64,000 bases of DNA from Nitrospira sp. (GCA_047150005.1 AP038806.1:1184001-1248000), one strand, 5' to 3'; positions 8,795 through 18,122 are shown, counted from the first letter of the stretch. Notes: generated from the letters alone by a model not told the origin. Translations and numbers: made by a program.

Positions 8795-9442
8795 TTATTG
8801 ACGTCCCAGCGAATCCCAATCAGCCAAGAACTTTTTGAGTCCACTATCGGTGAGCGGATGCTTGACCAACTGTTGGAAAATTGAAGACGGCATGGTACAG
8901 ATATGGCTGCCCACCAACGCCGCCTCGACGACGTGTTGCGGATGCCGTACGCTCGCCACCAGTACATAGGTATTCAAGTCATAATTCTTGTAGATCGTCA
9001 CAATCTGACGGACCAATTCCATCCCGTTTGAGCTCACATCGTCTAATCGACCGATAAACGGCGAGACACACCAGGCACCGGCCTTGGCGGCGAGCAAGGC
9101 TTGAGTCGGGGAAAAGCAGAGCGTGACGTTGACTCTAATGCCCTCGACCGTAAGACGCTTGGTAGCCTTGAGCCCTTCCGTAATGAGCGGGACCTTCACT
9201 ACGATATTCTTGTGGATGTTGGCGAGATCCTTCCCTTCTTTCACCATCGCATCAGCTTCGAGGCTGACGACCTCCGCACTGACCGGCCCATCGACAATGT
9301 TGCAGATCTCGACGAGTGCTTCGCGAAAACTGCGTCCTTCCTTCGCCACGAGCGAAGGGTTGGTCGTCACGCCGTCCAGCAGGCCAAGACTCGTCGCCTC
9401 TCCAATCTCTTTTACGTTCGCGGTGTCCAAATAGAGTTTCAT
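8795..9442 (-). CDS. tal: Transaldolase (FSA/TalC family)
   Basis: [19 protein letters not shown] Schiff-base Lys, [23 protein letters not shown]. Confidence 0.95.
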   Translation of the reverse strand: MKLYLDTANVKEIGEATSLGLLDGVTTNPSLVAKEGRSFREALVEICNIVDGPVSAEVVSLEADAMVKEGKDLANIHKNIVVKVPLITEGLKATKRLTVEGIRVNVTLCFSPTQALLAAKAGAWCVSPFIGRLDDVSSNGMELVRQIVTIYKNYDLNTYVLVASVRHPQHVVEAALVGSHICTMPSSIFQQLVKHPLTDSGLKKFLADWDSLGRQ

Positions 9443-9752
9443 TGTGACATCCTTCCTTCATCGCCCATTGGACGAATTGTCCCTTTTCGCGCCGGCCGAA
9501 TTCCTACCACCCAAGAATCAAGACAATGGAATCCCCCCTTCATGAGTACTTACCGAACAGGAACAGTCCTTTGGGAATGCCGGCTCTCTGAATCTCAAGT
9601 GACCTACGCGGAGGCGAGCGGTTGAATTGCAATCGAGTCAGGAAGTCATCCTTCGGTATTGGACGCACGAATCTCCAATACACGACTAGACCGGCAGGTG
9701 AACAACCTAACCCAACCCAAAGCTTCGCAAGATGCAATTTCATGTGTAATTG

Positions 9753-10019
9753 CTATCTGTTGCGAGACAGATCGTTGACGGGGAACAACCTGTAAAGCCA
9801 CGTACGCAACCGATCTTTTAAGGCTAGCGCGAGGAAGACAGAACCGAAAACGAGAAAGAGCCAGCGTCCGCAACTCCCGGCAAACTCACAGCTGTCGGAG
9901 ACATTTCGCGTCAGCCAACTCATCAGACGCCGCCACCCATTCATGTCCTCCGTAAAGACACCGCCGAAACTTAGAAGAAAACTCACGGCTGACAAGGCCG
10001 CAAATATTTGCTTCCGCAT
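9753..10019 (-). CDS. Small putative membrane protein (88 aa)
   Basis: ATG 10019 preceded by strong RBS AAGGAGG; two hydrophobic segments; overlaps the tail of the PilZ ORF. Confidence 0.45.
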   Translation of the reverse strand: MRKQIFAALSAVSFLLSFGGVFTEDMNGWRRLMSWLTRNVSDSCEFAGSCGRWLFLVFGSVFLALALKDRLRTWLYRLFPVNDLSRNR

Positions 10020-10527
10020 GGCGCACCTCCTTGAGGACAACACGCAAGGCCACGGCCGTGAACCTCATAACGTTCAAAGGAGCTTGCACGGTACAGCCGA
10101 GCCTTGGAACCAGTAAGAGCCGACTGACACCCGAAACGATCTGTCCCAAGAGTAGGCGGGACGGCATACCTGCCCGCTTTTCTAATCCATTCCGGAATAC
10201 ACCATGTTCTGTCTGCGCCAGTCTCGAGATGGTCAGGCTGATTCGATCGGCAACTTTGGGTTCAGGTTCATCGAACTCCACTCCGAAGTTTAATCCCTTG
10301 ACCCATTTCACGATCGCGCGATCAACCCGCAGGAGATTGGGGTCGCCTGGCACAAAGATTTGCAATGCGAGCGGCATCCCAGGAGAGACGGATGCATTGC
10401 CGTTAATATGGCCTCCGCTCAGTGACAGATCTTCGATAAGTCCTTCACCGGCCATCCAGACTCCGAGGTACCGCACCGGCACCAATCGCCTGAACCGATG
10501 ATTCTTCCGGGCAATAAATTGAACCAT
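9886..10527 (-). CDS. PilZ-domain protein with a probably spurious C-terminal extension
   Basis: RKNHR (RxxxR), DLSLSG (DxSxxG), VKW...FGVEF within the first ~105 aa. Confidence 0.8.
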   Translation of the reverse strand: MVQFIARKNHRFRRLVPVRYLGVWMAGEGLIEDLSLSGGHINGNASVSPGMPLALQIFVPGDPNLLRVDRAIVKWVKGLNFGVEFDEPEPKVADRISLTISRLAQTEHGVFRNGLEKRAGMPSRLLLGQIVSGVSRLLLVPRLGCTVQAPLNVMRFTAVALRVVLKEVRHAEANICGLVSREFSSKFRRCLYGGHEWVAASDELADAKCLRQL

Positions 10528-11179
10528 GTTGTTTCCCTCTCAATAATGGTGCCTGGTTCCCGAGACCTTCCGAGACCTTCTTTGGACTGTCGCGATCACT
10601 CTGTCCGCCTTCCCGACTGTCTGGAGTCTTGTAATGGCTCCGCTCTTTTCTCACTGAAGAGAAATAACGAGCAAGATGTATTCCCGATGTTCCTGGACGA
10701 GCGATGGATCTGGAGGACGCGAGAGAGGCGCCAAATACAGGGGTTAGGGGCTATCTTCTCGATAGCCCGAGTGGGAGGGATAGCCGGATCCCACTGGATC
10801 AACCTGTCGCACTGTGCCAGGTGAGCGAAACTGCTCGACAGGACGCTCAAACAAACTCCTGAATTTCAGTATTCGCACGCCCTTCGTGAGAGTCGTCGAC
10901 TACTCAGGCGAAGCCTCGCTTCCTTGGGTCGGCGGATAACCACCTCCAGCAGCTTCCTCTTCTAACCAATCGCTTGCGTCCCGTTGGCTCTTCATCGCTG
11001 TTACATACTCTGACGCGCGCGGAGATACACCTCCGGTATCCGCATTCTTCTTTGTGAGTGGCGCCCGCTAGTCAAGCGAAGCCTCGCTTGACCGCACTGA
11101 CGGACACACGTCTGTCATAGGATACCTAACAAGTCTCACTCACGAAACCGCCCGGCCCGTTCATCACTATTCTTTTCCT

Positions 11180-11210
11180 TTGCAGCTCTTCAGCCATACC
11201 GTGCTATAGT
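11180..11210 (+). promoter_or_regulatory. Candidate sigma70 promoter (extended -10) for the radical SAM gene
   Basis: TTGCAG...TGcTATAGT about 95 nt before the CDS. Confidence 0.4.
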
Positions 11211-11305
11211 GGCTTCACAAGTCCACGTGACGTGGCCCATTCCCAAGTCCTGCACTCCGGACTGTTGTCTTATTCACTCGGCAGAGAGCTGACCATGGAG
11301 TCTGT

Positions 11306-12943
11306 CTGCGTATCTTCTTGATCCACGTTCGCGATCCCCAGTTCTACGCCCTTCCCGCAAAGACCCGCGCACGAAATGGGCATCTTCGTGTGATGGGATT
11401 TCCACCCATCGGCATCATGTCGCTGTCAGCGGTCTTGAAGCAGGCGGGACACGAGTGCGTCATGTTCGACCAGGCCAATCCGGACACGCCCAACCAGGTG
11501 ATCATCGAGCAGATTAGTCGGGAACAGCCGGATTTGGTAGGCCTGAGCTTTTTGAGTACCACCAGCTATCCCTATGCCAAAATTCTCGCCAGACAAATTC
11601 GCGCTGTCAATCGGCAGGTGAAACTGGCGTTTGGTGGGGTTTTTGCCAGCCTCAATGCGCCGCTCGTCAAGCTGCAATGCCCGGAAGTCGATTTCGTGTG
11701 TCGTGGCGATGGTGAGCAACTGATTCTGGACCTGCTGGTGCGATTGAATGATCCTGAAGAGGTGGCCGGCCTGACGTGGATGAAGGATGGCAAGGTCCGC
11801 CAGAATCCCGGCCGTCCCACAGAACGACGCCTCGATCAATGGCCCTTTCCCGACCGAGAAAGCCTCAAGCTAGATTTCATCGAATCGATGCCCCTCGACG
11901 TGCCCGCGGTGCTGTCCATGGAACGCTTCACGACGATGCAAACATCCCGGGGGTGCCCATGGCCCTGTGTCTTCTGCGACATACCCATTTTTAACGAAGG
12001 CAAATGGCGCGCCCGAAGTGCCCACCATGTTGTGGCCGAACTGAAGCACCTTCAAGAACTCGGCTATGGCTCGGTGTACTTTGTCGACGACCACTTCCTG
12101 CTCCAACCTAAACGGATTGAAGCCATTTGCTCCGGCATTACGAATGAGGGGTTGACGATTCAGTGGGGCATCGAAGGACGAGTGGATTCGGTCGCCCAAC
12201 ATTTGTTCCCGGCCATGGCGAAGGCGCATTGTCGAACCGTCATGTTTGGGATTGAAAGCGGGAGTCAAAAAATCTTAGACCGGCTGCGCAAAGAGCAGAC
12301 CCTCGAAGAAGTGCGAACCGCGGTTACCAATGCGAAGCGAGCCGGGATTGAAATTGTCCATGGCTTTTTCACGGTCGGCAATCCCGACGAAACAACCGAC
12401 GACATGAAGGCGACATTCGACTTTGCGTCCCAATTGCCTCTTGATACGTTCGGCTTTAATCGACTGTGTGTCTATCGGGGGACGCCCCTCTGGCAGGAGT
12501 ATGTGAAGCGCGGGTTGGTCACCGAGGCGACGGACTGGTACAAATACTTCAAATGTTCCGAAATCGACCCCACGTGCCTGCCCGGTGAAACAATCAACCG
12601 CTTGAGACAAGAAGGCCTTAGGCGGCTCTTCCTGTACAAGCTGACGCGCTATCCCATTCAGACGTTCAAGTTGTTGCGTCGGTTCCTTCGGTATATGCCG
12701 GTCCGCGATGTGTTGTATCTCATCATCAAACCCTTCCTCGGCCAGAAAAAAGGGGCGACGAAGGCGGAGGTGCTCTCGCGTGCCGTTGAGCATGCGGAGA
12801 TCAAAGATGCGGCGGCACAGCTCACCCATCTTACCGATGAGATGCTGCACCACGTGCTCGACGTATCGCGAGCGGAACGGCTGCGCATCCATGAAGAAGC
12901 GGAGAACCCTCGCGAGCTTCCTGTGATTCCGGCGCGTTCATAG
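11306..12943 (+). CDS. Cobalamin-binding (class B) radical SAM enzyme
   Basis: PPIGIMSLSAVL, DLVGLS, GGVFAS, GDGE B12-binding region; TSRGCPWPCVFC (CxxxCxxC), FVDD, GIESGSQ. Start set at CTG 11306 after GGAG; the ORF track uses TTG 11318. Confidence 0.9.
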   Translation: MRIFLIHVRDPQFYALPAKTRARNGHLRVMGFPPIGIMSLSAVLKQAGHECVMFDQANPDTPNQVIIEQISREQPDLVGLSFLSTTSYPYAKILARQIRAVNRQVKLAFGGVFASLNAPLVKLQCPEVDFVCRGDGEQLILDLLVRLNDPEEVAGLTWMKDGKVRQNPGRPTERRLDQWPFPDRESLKLDFIESMPLDVPAVLSMERFTTMQTSRGCPWPCVFCDIPIFNEGKWRARSAHHVVAELKHLQELGYGSVYFVDDHFLLQPKRIEAICSGITNEGLTIQWGIEGRVDSVAQHLFPAMAKAHCRTVMFGIESGSQKILDRLRKEQTLEEVRTAVTNAKRAGIEIVHGFFTVGNPDETTDDMKATFDFASQLPLDTFGFNRLCVYRGTPLWQEYVKRGLVTEATDWYKYFKCSEIDPTCLPGETINRLRQEGLRRLFLYKLTRYPIQTFKLLRRFLRYMPVRDVLYLIIKPFLGQKKGATKAEVLSRAVEHAEIKDAAAQLTHLTDEMLHHVLDVSRAERLRIHEEAENPRELPVIPARS

Positions 12944-13211
12944 AAAACCCTTCTGCTCGCGGCTTGAACACGCTAACATAACACCGCGCACCAGAAGCAA
13001 TCGCCGGCTCTATGCCTGATCTCGTTCAGCCGGCATCCGGGGAAAGCGGTCGAGGAAGCCCCTTCAAGTTGGGTAGGTTCTCAGCGTTCAACGGTTGGGC
13101 TCCGCTCCGAGATCGGTGGATTCGCGAAAGAATCGCCGTAGGATCGTTGCACAAGCGCCGAGACTGCCGACCGAAAGACTGTTTTGTCACCAGAAAGGAT
13201 GACTGCTAGCC

Positions 13212-13535
13212 ATGACGGACCTGAATGCGGGTAAGAAGTGGATGCGAATTCCCGATGGCACGAAAGTTCGTCTTGCCGAGGGAGGGCAGGAGGGTGTGAT
13301 AGACGGATTGACTGAATTCATCGTGGGAGCGGCCAGAAATCCAGATGGCCGGACGCAATACCGCATCAACACGGGCGATTCAGCTCGGCTGCTCGTCGCG
13401 GAGGCGGAATTGCTCGTTCTGACGGATACGGATGGTGTAGTCCTTATGCTGAAGCAAAACATCGATTATCGCCGCATCGTGACCGGCTGGCTACGGGATG
13501 AACTCTCGGCCGATCGCTTCGCGCGCGAAACCTAA
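13212..13535 (+). CDS. Hypothetical protein (107 aa)
   Basis: Protein-like composition; AAGGA upstream. Confidence 0.65.
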   Translation: MTDLNAGKKWMRIPDGTKVRLAEGGQEGVIDGLTEFIVGAARNPDGRTQYRINTGDSARLLVAEAELLVLTDTDGVVLMLKQNIDYRRIVTGWLRDELSADRFARET

Positions 13536-13576
13536 ACGGCGATCCCGCCCTGTGATGGGCGAACGCATCGGCAGGA

Positions 13577-13765
13577 TCAGTCCAGCGGGGGCTGAGGCCC
13601 CCATCGGAGTCCCTGCAAATCCGGATCTTCGCCTTCCGGGCCTGGAATGCGCGAAGCTTTTTCAGCCTTGCGAAGCGCGCGCTTTGCGTCCTTTTCTTGG
13701 CGTTGTCGTTGCAATGCCTTTTCCCGGTCGCGTTTTGCCAGCGTGGTCTTGCCTGCTCGTCCGAT
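13577..13765 (-). CDS. Small Lys/Arg-rich protein (62 aa) with apparent ATC start
   Basis: AAGGAGG-acgcc-ATC, then IGRAGKTTLAKRDREKALQRQRQEKDAKRALRKAEKASRIPGPEGEDPDLQGLRWGPQPPLD*; absent from the ORF track. Confidence 0.7.
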   Translation of the reverse strand: MGRAGKTTLAKRDREKALQRQRQEKDAKRALRKAEKASRIPGPEGEDPDLQGLRWGPQPPLD

Positions 13766-13821
13766 GGCGTCCTCCTTGAGAGAGAATCCTATTATTGGCG
13801 CGGTCTTTGCGTGTTTACCTG

Positions 13822-14097
13822 TTACTCGGTTGCACCACGGCGTCTGACTCTCTTCCCGCCGGATTCACGATTCCCACGTCCGCTTGTCGCCTGCTCTCTG
13901 GACCTTGATTTCGTGCTTTCACCAAGACCTTGGCTGGCCAGCGATGACACCGTTTTTCTAATCGTGTCGATCGCAGTGGGTTCGATCACATCGGGGTCGG
14001 ACAACCCTAGCAGTTCCCACCGAATCTTCGGTCTAAACGTCGACCGGTTCTTCTTTTTCCTTGTGTTGTTGCGCTTCCAAACGCTTGAGACCTTCAT
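13822..14097 (-). CDS. Small basic hypothetical protein (91 aa)
   Basis: RBS AAGGA; K/R-rich termini, central SDPDV; co-oriented with the 62-aa gene. Confidence 0.55.
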   Translation of the reverse strand: MKVSSVWKRNNTRKKKNRSTFRPKIRWELLGLSDPDVIEPTAIDTIRKTVSSLASQGLGESTKSRSREQATSGRGNRESGGKRVRRRGATE

Positions 14098-14315
14098 CAA
14101 CAAATCCTTTCTTGGATTTCAATCTGATGCGCTAACGGTACCCAACCACCACGACACAGACTTCAACTCCCATCCCCACCGTGATCTCCTTCCTCTGCGG
14201 CGGACGGTGCCAATTCACACAAGGGACCGAATGACCAACGGAACTCCGGGATCGCGCGAACCAACGAACGAGAGTGCGGAGGCGCGGGAACGAGGTGTGG
14301 AAGGTTCGGTCTATT

Positions 14316-14344
14316 ACTTTATCATTACGCAGGTCCGGCGTCAA
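14316..14344 (-). promoter_or_regulatory. Sigma70 promoter for the small basic protein genes
   Basis: TTGACG-N17-TAAAGT on the minus strand. Confidence 0.55.
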
Positions 14345-14519
14345 AGCACGACTCCGGCAGGTCTACACGGCATTGGTGGTTCGGGCATTGTCGTAAGTGT
14401 GCCCCACATCGGGCACAAGCCCTCTCACGCGCCAGAGTCCTCTCCAAGGAATTCGTGCACTATCACGCATTTGTCCCAGGCTTTCATCTATACTATGGCA
14501 AGTGGTCGAGGGAGATGGT

Positions 14520-15554
14520 ATGGGTCTCACGTTATTGAAGCGAAACAATCCCCTCTCGTCCTCCGCCGAACAGCTGAGGCGCTTGTCGGAAACAGCCTCT
14601 TGCCCTCCATTCGACACACGGCTAGGGCAGGCCGATCTCTTCCCCCTTCAGGCGACGGGAATCACCGTGTTCCAAATCAACGTTGGAAAACTCTGCAATC
14701 AGACCTGCAGACATTGCCATGTGGATGCCGGTCCGGACCGCCTGGAACGCATGACGAGAGAGACGGCGGAACAATGCATCCGGGCACTGGCCGACACGGA
14801 CATTCCGACCGTCGACATCACGGGCGGGGCTCCGGAGCTGAATCAGAATTTTCGCTGGCTCGTGGAACACGCCCGCCATCTCGGTCGCCATGTCATCGAT
14901 CGGTGTAACTTGACCGTCCTCCTTGTTCCTTCCCAATCGGACCTCGCGGAATTCCTTGCGCGCCATCAGGTCGAAGTCATCGCATCACTGCCGTATTTCC
15001 GCGCGAGACAGACCGAGGCACAACGAGGAGAAGGCGTGTTTGAAAGGTCCATCGAGGGATTGCAGCGACTCAATCGGCTGGGATATGGGAAAACCGGCAG
15101 CGGCCTGCAGCTGAATTTGGTGTACAATCCGGTCGGCGCCTTTCTTCCTCCCAAACAAGAGGCGATCGAGGCGCAGTTTCGGAAGGAACTCCGCGCCCGG
15201 CACGGAGTGGAATTCAACCGCCTCTATACGATCACGAACATGCCGATCAGCCGCTTCCTGGAATTTCTCCTGGAGAGCGGCAACTACGAAGGCTACATGG
15301 AACGGCTCGCCAACGCGTTCAATCCGGCGGCCGCCTCCGGAGTCATGTGCCGTTACACGATTTCGGTCGGGTGGGACGGCGTGCTGTACGACTGCGACTT
15401 CAACCAAATGCTGAATCTTCCGCTGAGGGAGAACCCCGCCCACATCCTTAACTTTGACCTCGCGCGACTGCGACACCGTGGAATCGTGACCGGAAATCAC
15501 TGCTACGGTTGCACCGCCGGCGCCGGATCCTCTTGCGGCGGCGCCGTCACCTGA
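14520..15554 (+). CDS. arsS: ArsS-family radical SAM protein (DUF3641 C-terminus)
   Basis: QINVGKLCNQTCRHCHVDAGP, DITGGAPE, LNLVYNP, TITNMPISRF, YDCDFNQML, HCYGCTAGAGSSCGG. Confidence 0.88.
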   Translation: MGLTLLKRNNPLSSSAEQLRRLSETASCPPFDTRLGQADLFPLQATGITVFQINVGKLCNQTCRHCHVDAGPDRLERMTRETAEQCIRALADTDIPTVDITGGAPELNQNFRWLVEHARHLGRHVIDRCNLTVLLVPSQSDLAEFLARHQVEVIASLPYFRARQTEAQRGEGVFERSIEGLQRLNRLGYGKTGSGLQLNLVYNPVGAFLPPKQEAIEAQFRKELRARHGVEFNRLYTITNMPISRFLEFLLESGNYEGYMERLANAFNPAAASGVMCRYTISVGWDGVLYDCDFNQMLNLPLRENPAHILNFDLARLRHRGIVTGNHCYGCTAGAGSSCGGAVT

Positions 15555-15600
15555 CCTCGCCGTCCTCCGGGGCATGGCGTCAAGCTCGACCTGCGCAACG

Positions 15601-16464
15601 TCATTCCGATGAGCTGCCGTAATAGGTAATCGTTCGTTCCGTCACTTCGGTGGATGCGGCTTCATCACCGGACACGAGCGACCGGCGCATGGTCCTGGCG
15701 ATCCAGTTTCCCTGCGCGTCGAACTCATAGCTCGACAGACGTGCCCCGTTCAATGAGGAGTCGCTCGAATTCGTCGTGTCCTCACGCGTCTGATTGCCTC
15801 GCCGGTCATATTGATACGAGACCTTGCTGTCCAGAACGCCGTCGGGACGGTACTCCAACTGTTCGGCAAGTCGCCCCTGTTCATCATAGCGATAGCCCGT
15901 CGAGGTGAGGAGCCCATCATTTTTGTAGTTCCGCCTGGCGACGACCTTTCCATGCGGACCGAATTCATAGGTCCGTTTGAACAACGAACGGAAGCGGTAG
16001 GAGAGATCCTCCTGTAACCTCCCCGCAGCGTCGTAGGAGTACAGTGTCAACGACGAAAACGTCCCACACATGTTGTACGAAGCCTCCGCGAGGACTCTGC
16101 CGCCCTTGTCGTAGGCATAGGCCCGAGACAGATACGGTACCCCGTCTCCCTCATCGATCATTTCACGCGTGCGCCGGCCTTGGGAATCGTACTCATAGAC
16201 CGCCTTCTGCGGCGGCCCGCCCAGATCCGGCTGATCGGGGGGAGGGGCGCTGCGCGTGACCGTTTCAAGCAGAGCCCCGTCGCGACTGTAGGTCCTGGTC
16301 GCGCTCGTTCCTCCCGTCCTACTGACGACACGGTGAACCAGACCGACCAGACCATCGCGGTCCCTATCTGTGTTCCCCTGAGCTGCAGCGCCACCTAGCG
16401 TGAGGCTTGCGACAATGGCCCCCGCCACATAGAAGGACCAGGCATACGCGACGCGCGATTTCAT
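15601..16464 (-). CDS. Exported YD/RHS-like repeat protein
   Basis: Signal peptide; repeated Y.YD..GR units; C-terminal EFDAQGNWI...ERTITYY. Confidence 0.8.
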   Translation of the reverse strand: MKSRVAYAWSFYVAGAIVASLTLGGAAAQGNTDRDRDGLVGLVHRVVSRTGGTSATRTYSRDGALLETVTRSAPPPDQPDLGGPPQKAVYEYDSQGRRTREMIDEGDGVPYLSRAYAYDKGGRVLAEASYNMCGTFSSLTLYSYDAAGRLQEDLSYRFRSLFKRTYEFGPHGKVVARRNYKNDGLLTSTGYRYDEQGRLAEQLEYRPDGVLDSKVSYQYDRRGNQTREDTTNSSDSSLNGARLSSYEFDAQGNWIARTMRRSLVSGDEAASTEVTERTITYYGSSSE

Positions 16465-16678
16465 GGAGGCCTCCTCAACCTTGTCGCCGGCTCGACTGGA
16501 GGAGGGCCGGAGCCGCCATACTCCCTAACGGAGCCACCGTTCCTGAGGAGCTACGGAACACACACGCTACAATCGGCTGGCGGAACGTGCAGATCAGTCT
16601 GGAGCGCGTGCACGCGACAGCGGCTCTGTCCTGATCGGCGATCTATCTCAGGACGGTGATCGGACGGATCAGGCAGGT

Positions 16679-16858
16679 TCAGGCATGCCGATGATCGTGG
16701 GCGCCATGGTCGTCCTGGTGGTCGTGATCATGCGCGCCCTGTGCGCCGTGGCTATGCTCATGGGCATGCTGGTGTTGATGCGTATGGGTGTGACTCCCGG
16801 CCGCACCATGCGTGTGTGGATGAGTATGCTCGTGCGTATGTTCGTGAGCGCCTTTCAT
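16679..16858 (-). CDS. His-rich peptide (59 aa, 22 His), putative metal-binding/storage protein
   Basis: RBS CAGGAGG; MKGAHEHTHEHTHPHTHGAAGSHTHTHQHQHAHEHSHGAQGAHDHDHQDDHGAHDHRHA*; below the 60-aa cutoff of the ORF track. Confidence 0.85.
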   Translation of the reverse strand: MKGAHEHTHEHTHPHTHGAAGSHTHTHQHQHAHEHSHGAQGAHDHDHQDDHGAHDHRHA

Positions 16859-16936
16859 AGGACCCTCCTGGGTTGACCGCTATACGCATCGGGCCGATTG
16901 TATCATAGCCGGCTCAATTTCCTAGAAGAGCCTCAC

Positions 16937-17529
16937 CTAGAATCTGTACTGCACCCCCAGGGACGCATTCGTGTTGAAAAAATCTCGAAACGCGACGCTG
17001 GAGGCCCGCTGGGTCCGTTGGAAACCCACGGTCACCGTGGCGGACTCGGATAAGTCGTAGTGAAGTTCGGCCGTCCCCTGGTGAAGATCGTCGACGTTTC
17101 CCCGCAGCGGATCACCCACAATATCGCTCGTGAACTCTTTGTCCCGAAAGACGCAGATCAATTCCAGCGAGAGCGGAGCAAGGAGTCGGATCAGGGCGCC
17201 GAAGGAGACGAACTGTTGGCGGTAGGAAATGTCGTCCTTGTACTGAGGTTGGTCTCGTCCATCGGCGAGGCCCTCTTCGTACAGGTAGTCCAGCGTAAGC
17301 CTCAACCACGCTGTCGGATAAAAGCGGAGTCGAGGTCCGATCGTATAGAAGGTCGTATCCCGCTCCGAGAACGACTGATTATAGAGTCGAAGGCCGTATC
17401 GTCCGACGAGTGTGACGCTCCAGTGGTCGTTGAGTTGCTGTTCAAGCTGGAGGCGGACAGATCGGAGCGGCTGAAGACGACCGCTACCAGCCCCACCCAC
17501 AGCAGCACCATTGCGCGACCTGCAACCAC
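16937..17529 (-). pseudogene. Outer-membrane beta-barrel gene, apparently truncated or frameshifted
   Basis: ORF 16937-17500 has amphipathic strands and a terminal beta-signal (ASLGVQYRF) but no signal peptide; a signal-like stretch MVLLWVGLVAVVFS lies just upstream in another frame. Confidence 0.6.
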
Positions 17530-17565
17530 CCCCCGATGCCCGACGAGCGGTGCCCCATCACGGTG

Positions 17566-18033
17566 TCATCGGCCGAATGAGCGGATGTACACCAGCACAT
17601 ACCAGGCCTCTTCCTCCGTGAGCACCAGCGGGACGAACGAGGCCATGTCGGTTCCCGGGCTGCCGTGCTTGAGGATCCAGAACAACTCGCCGTCCGTTCT
17701 GGCGGCCTGCCAGAGTTTGTCGGTGAAATTGCGCGGCAACTTTCCCACAAGCCCAGGGATATCGCCGAAGCCCTTGCCATCGCGGCCGTGACAGGTGACG
17801 CAAAAGGCCTTTCCGAGGAACAACGCCTTTCCCTTTTCGACGTTCTCGTCAGTGGCCTCGAAGGGATTCTTCCAGTTTCGAGCCTCTTCCACCTGATCGG
17901 GGGGTACGCGTGGTTTCAGGACCGCCTCGTCCGTACCGAGTGCGGGAGTCCCCCAGCCCGATCCCATGACGACGCCGGACATCACCATGGCGCTCAGTCC
18001 AAACCTTCCCCGACGAACAATAAAACCGGCCAT
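17566..18033 (-). CDS. Exported monoheme cytochrome c
   Basis: Signal peptide; KNPF..T.ENVEKGK.LF, CVTCH, PRNFT, TDGELFW, distal Met in GTDMASF. Confidence 0.92.
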   Translation of the reverse strand: MAGFIVRRGRFGLSAMVMSGVVMGSGWGTPALGTDEAVLKPRVPPDQVEEARNWKNPFEATDENVEKGKALFLGKAFCVTCHGRDGKGFGDIPGLVGKLPRNFTDKLWQAARTDGELFWILKHGSPGTDMASFVPLVLTEEEAWYVLVYIRSFGR

Positions 18034-18122
18034 CGAGCCTCCTCGCGTTCCACAGCATCCTTCGCCGGTCGGGGCCGGCAGACTCGTGATTGGGTCGAGC
18101 CGGCCCCGATGACACCTTACTT

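Noticed and set aside
13697..14908. 403-aa plus-strand ORF
   Set aside because: No recognisable motifs; overlaps arsS in another frame and two minus-strand genes with RBSs.
15530..15554. Selenocysteine recoding in ArsS
   Set aside because: The SSCGG position is encoded by TGC; the TGA follows the normal C-terminus.
16685..16876. Plus-strand 63-aa Met/Val-rich ORF in the track
   Set aside because: Antisense shadow of the His-rich gene (CAT/CAC read as ATG/GTG); the RBS is on the minus strand.
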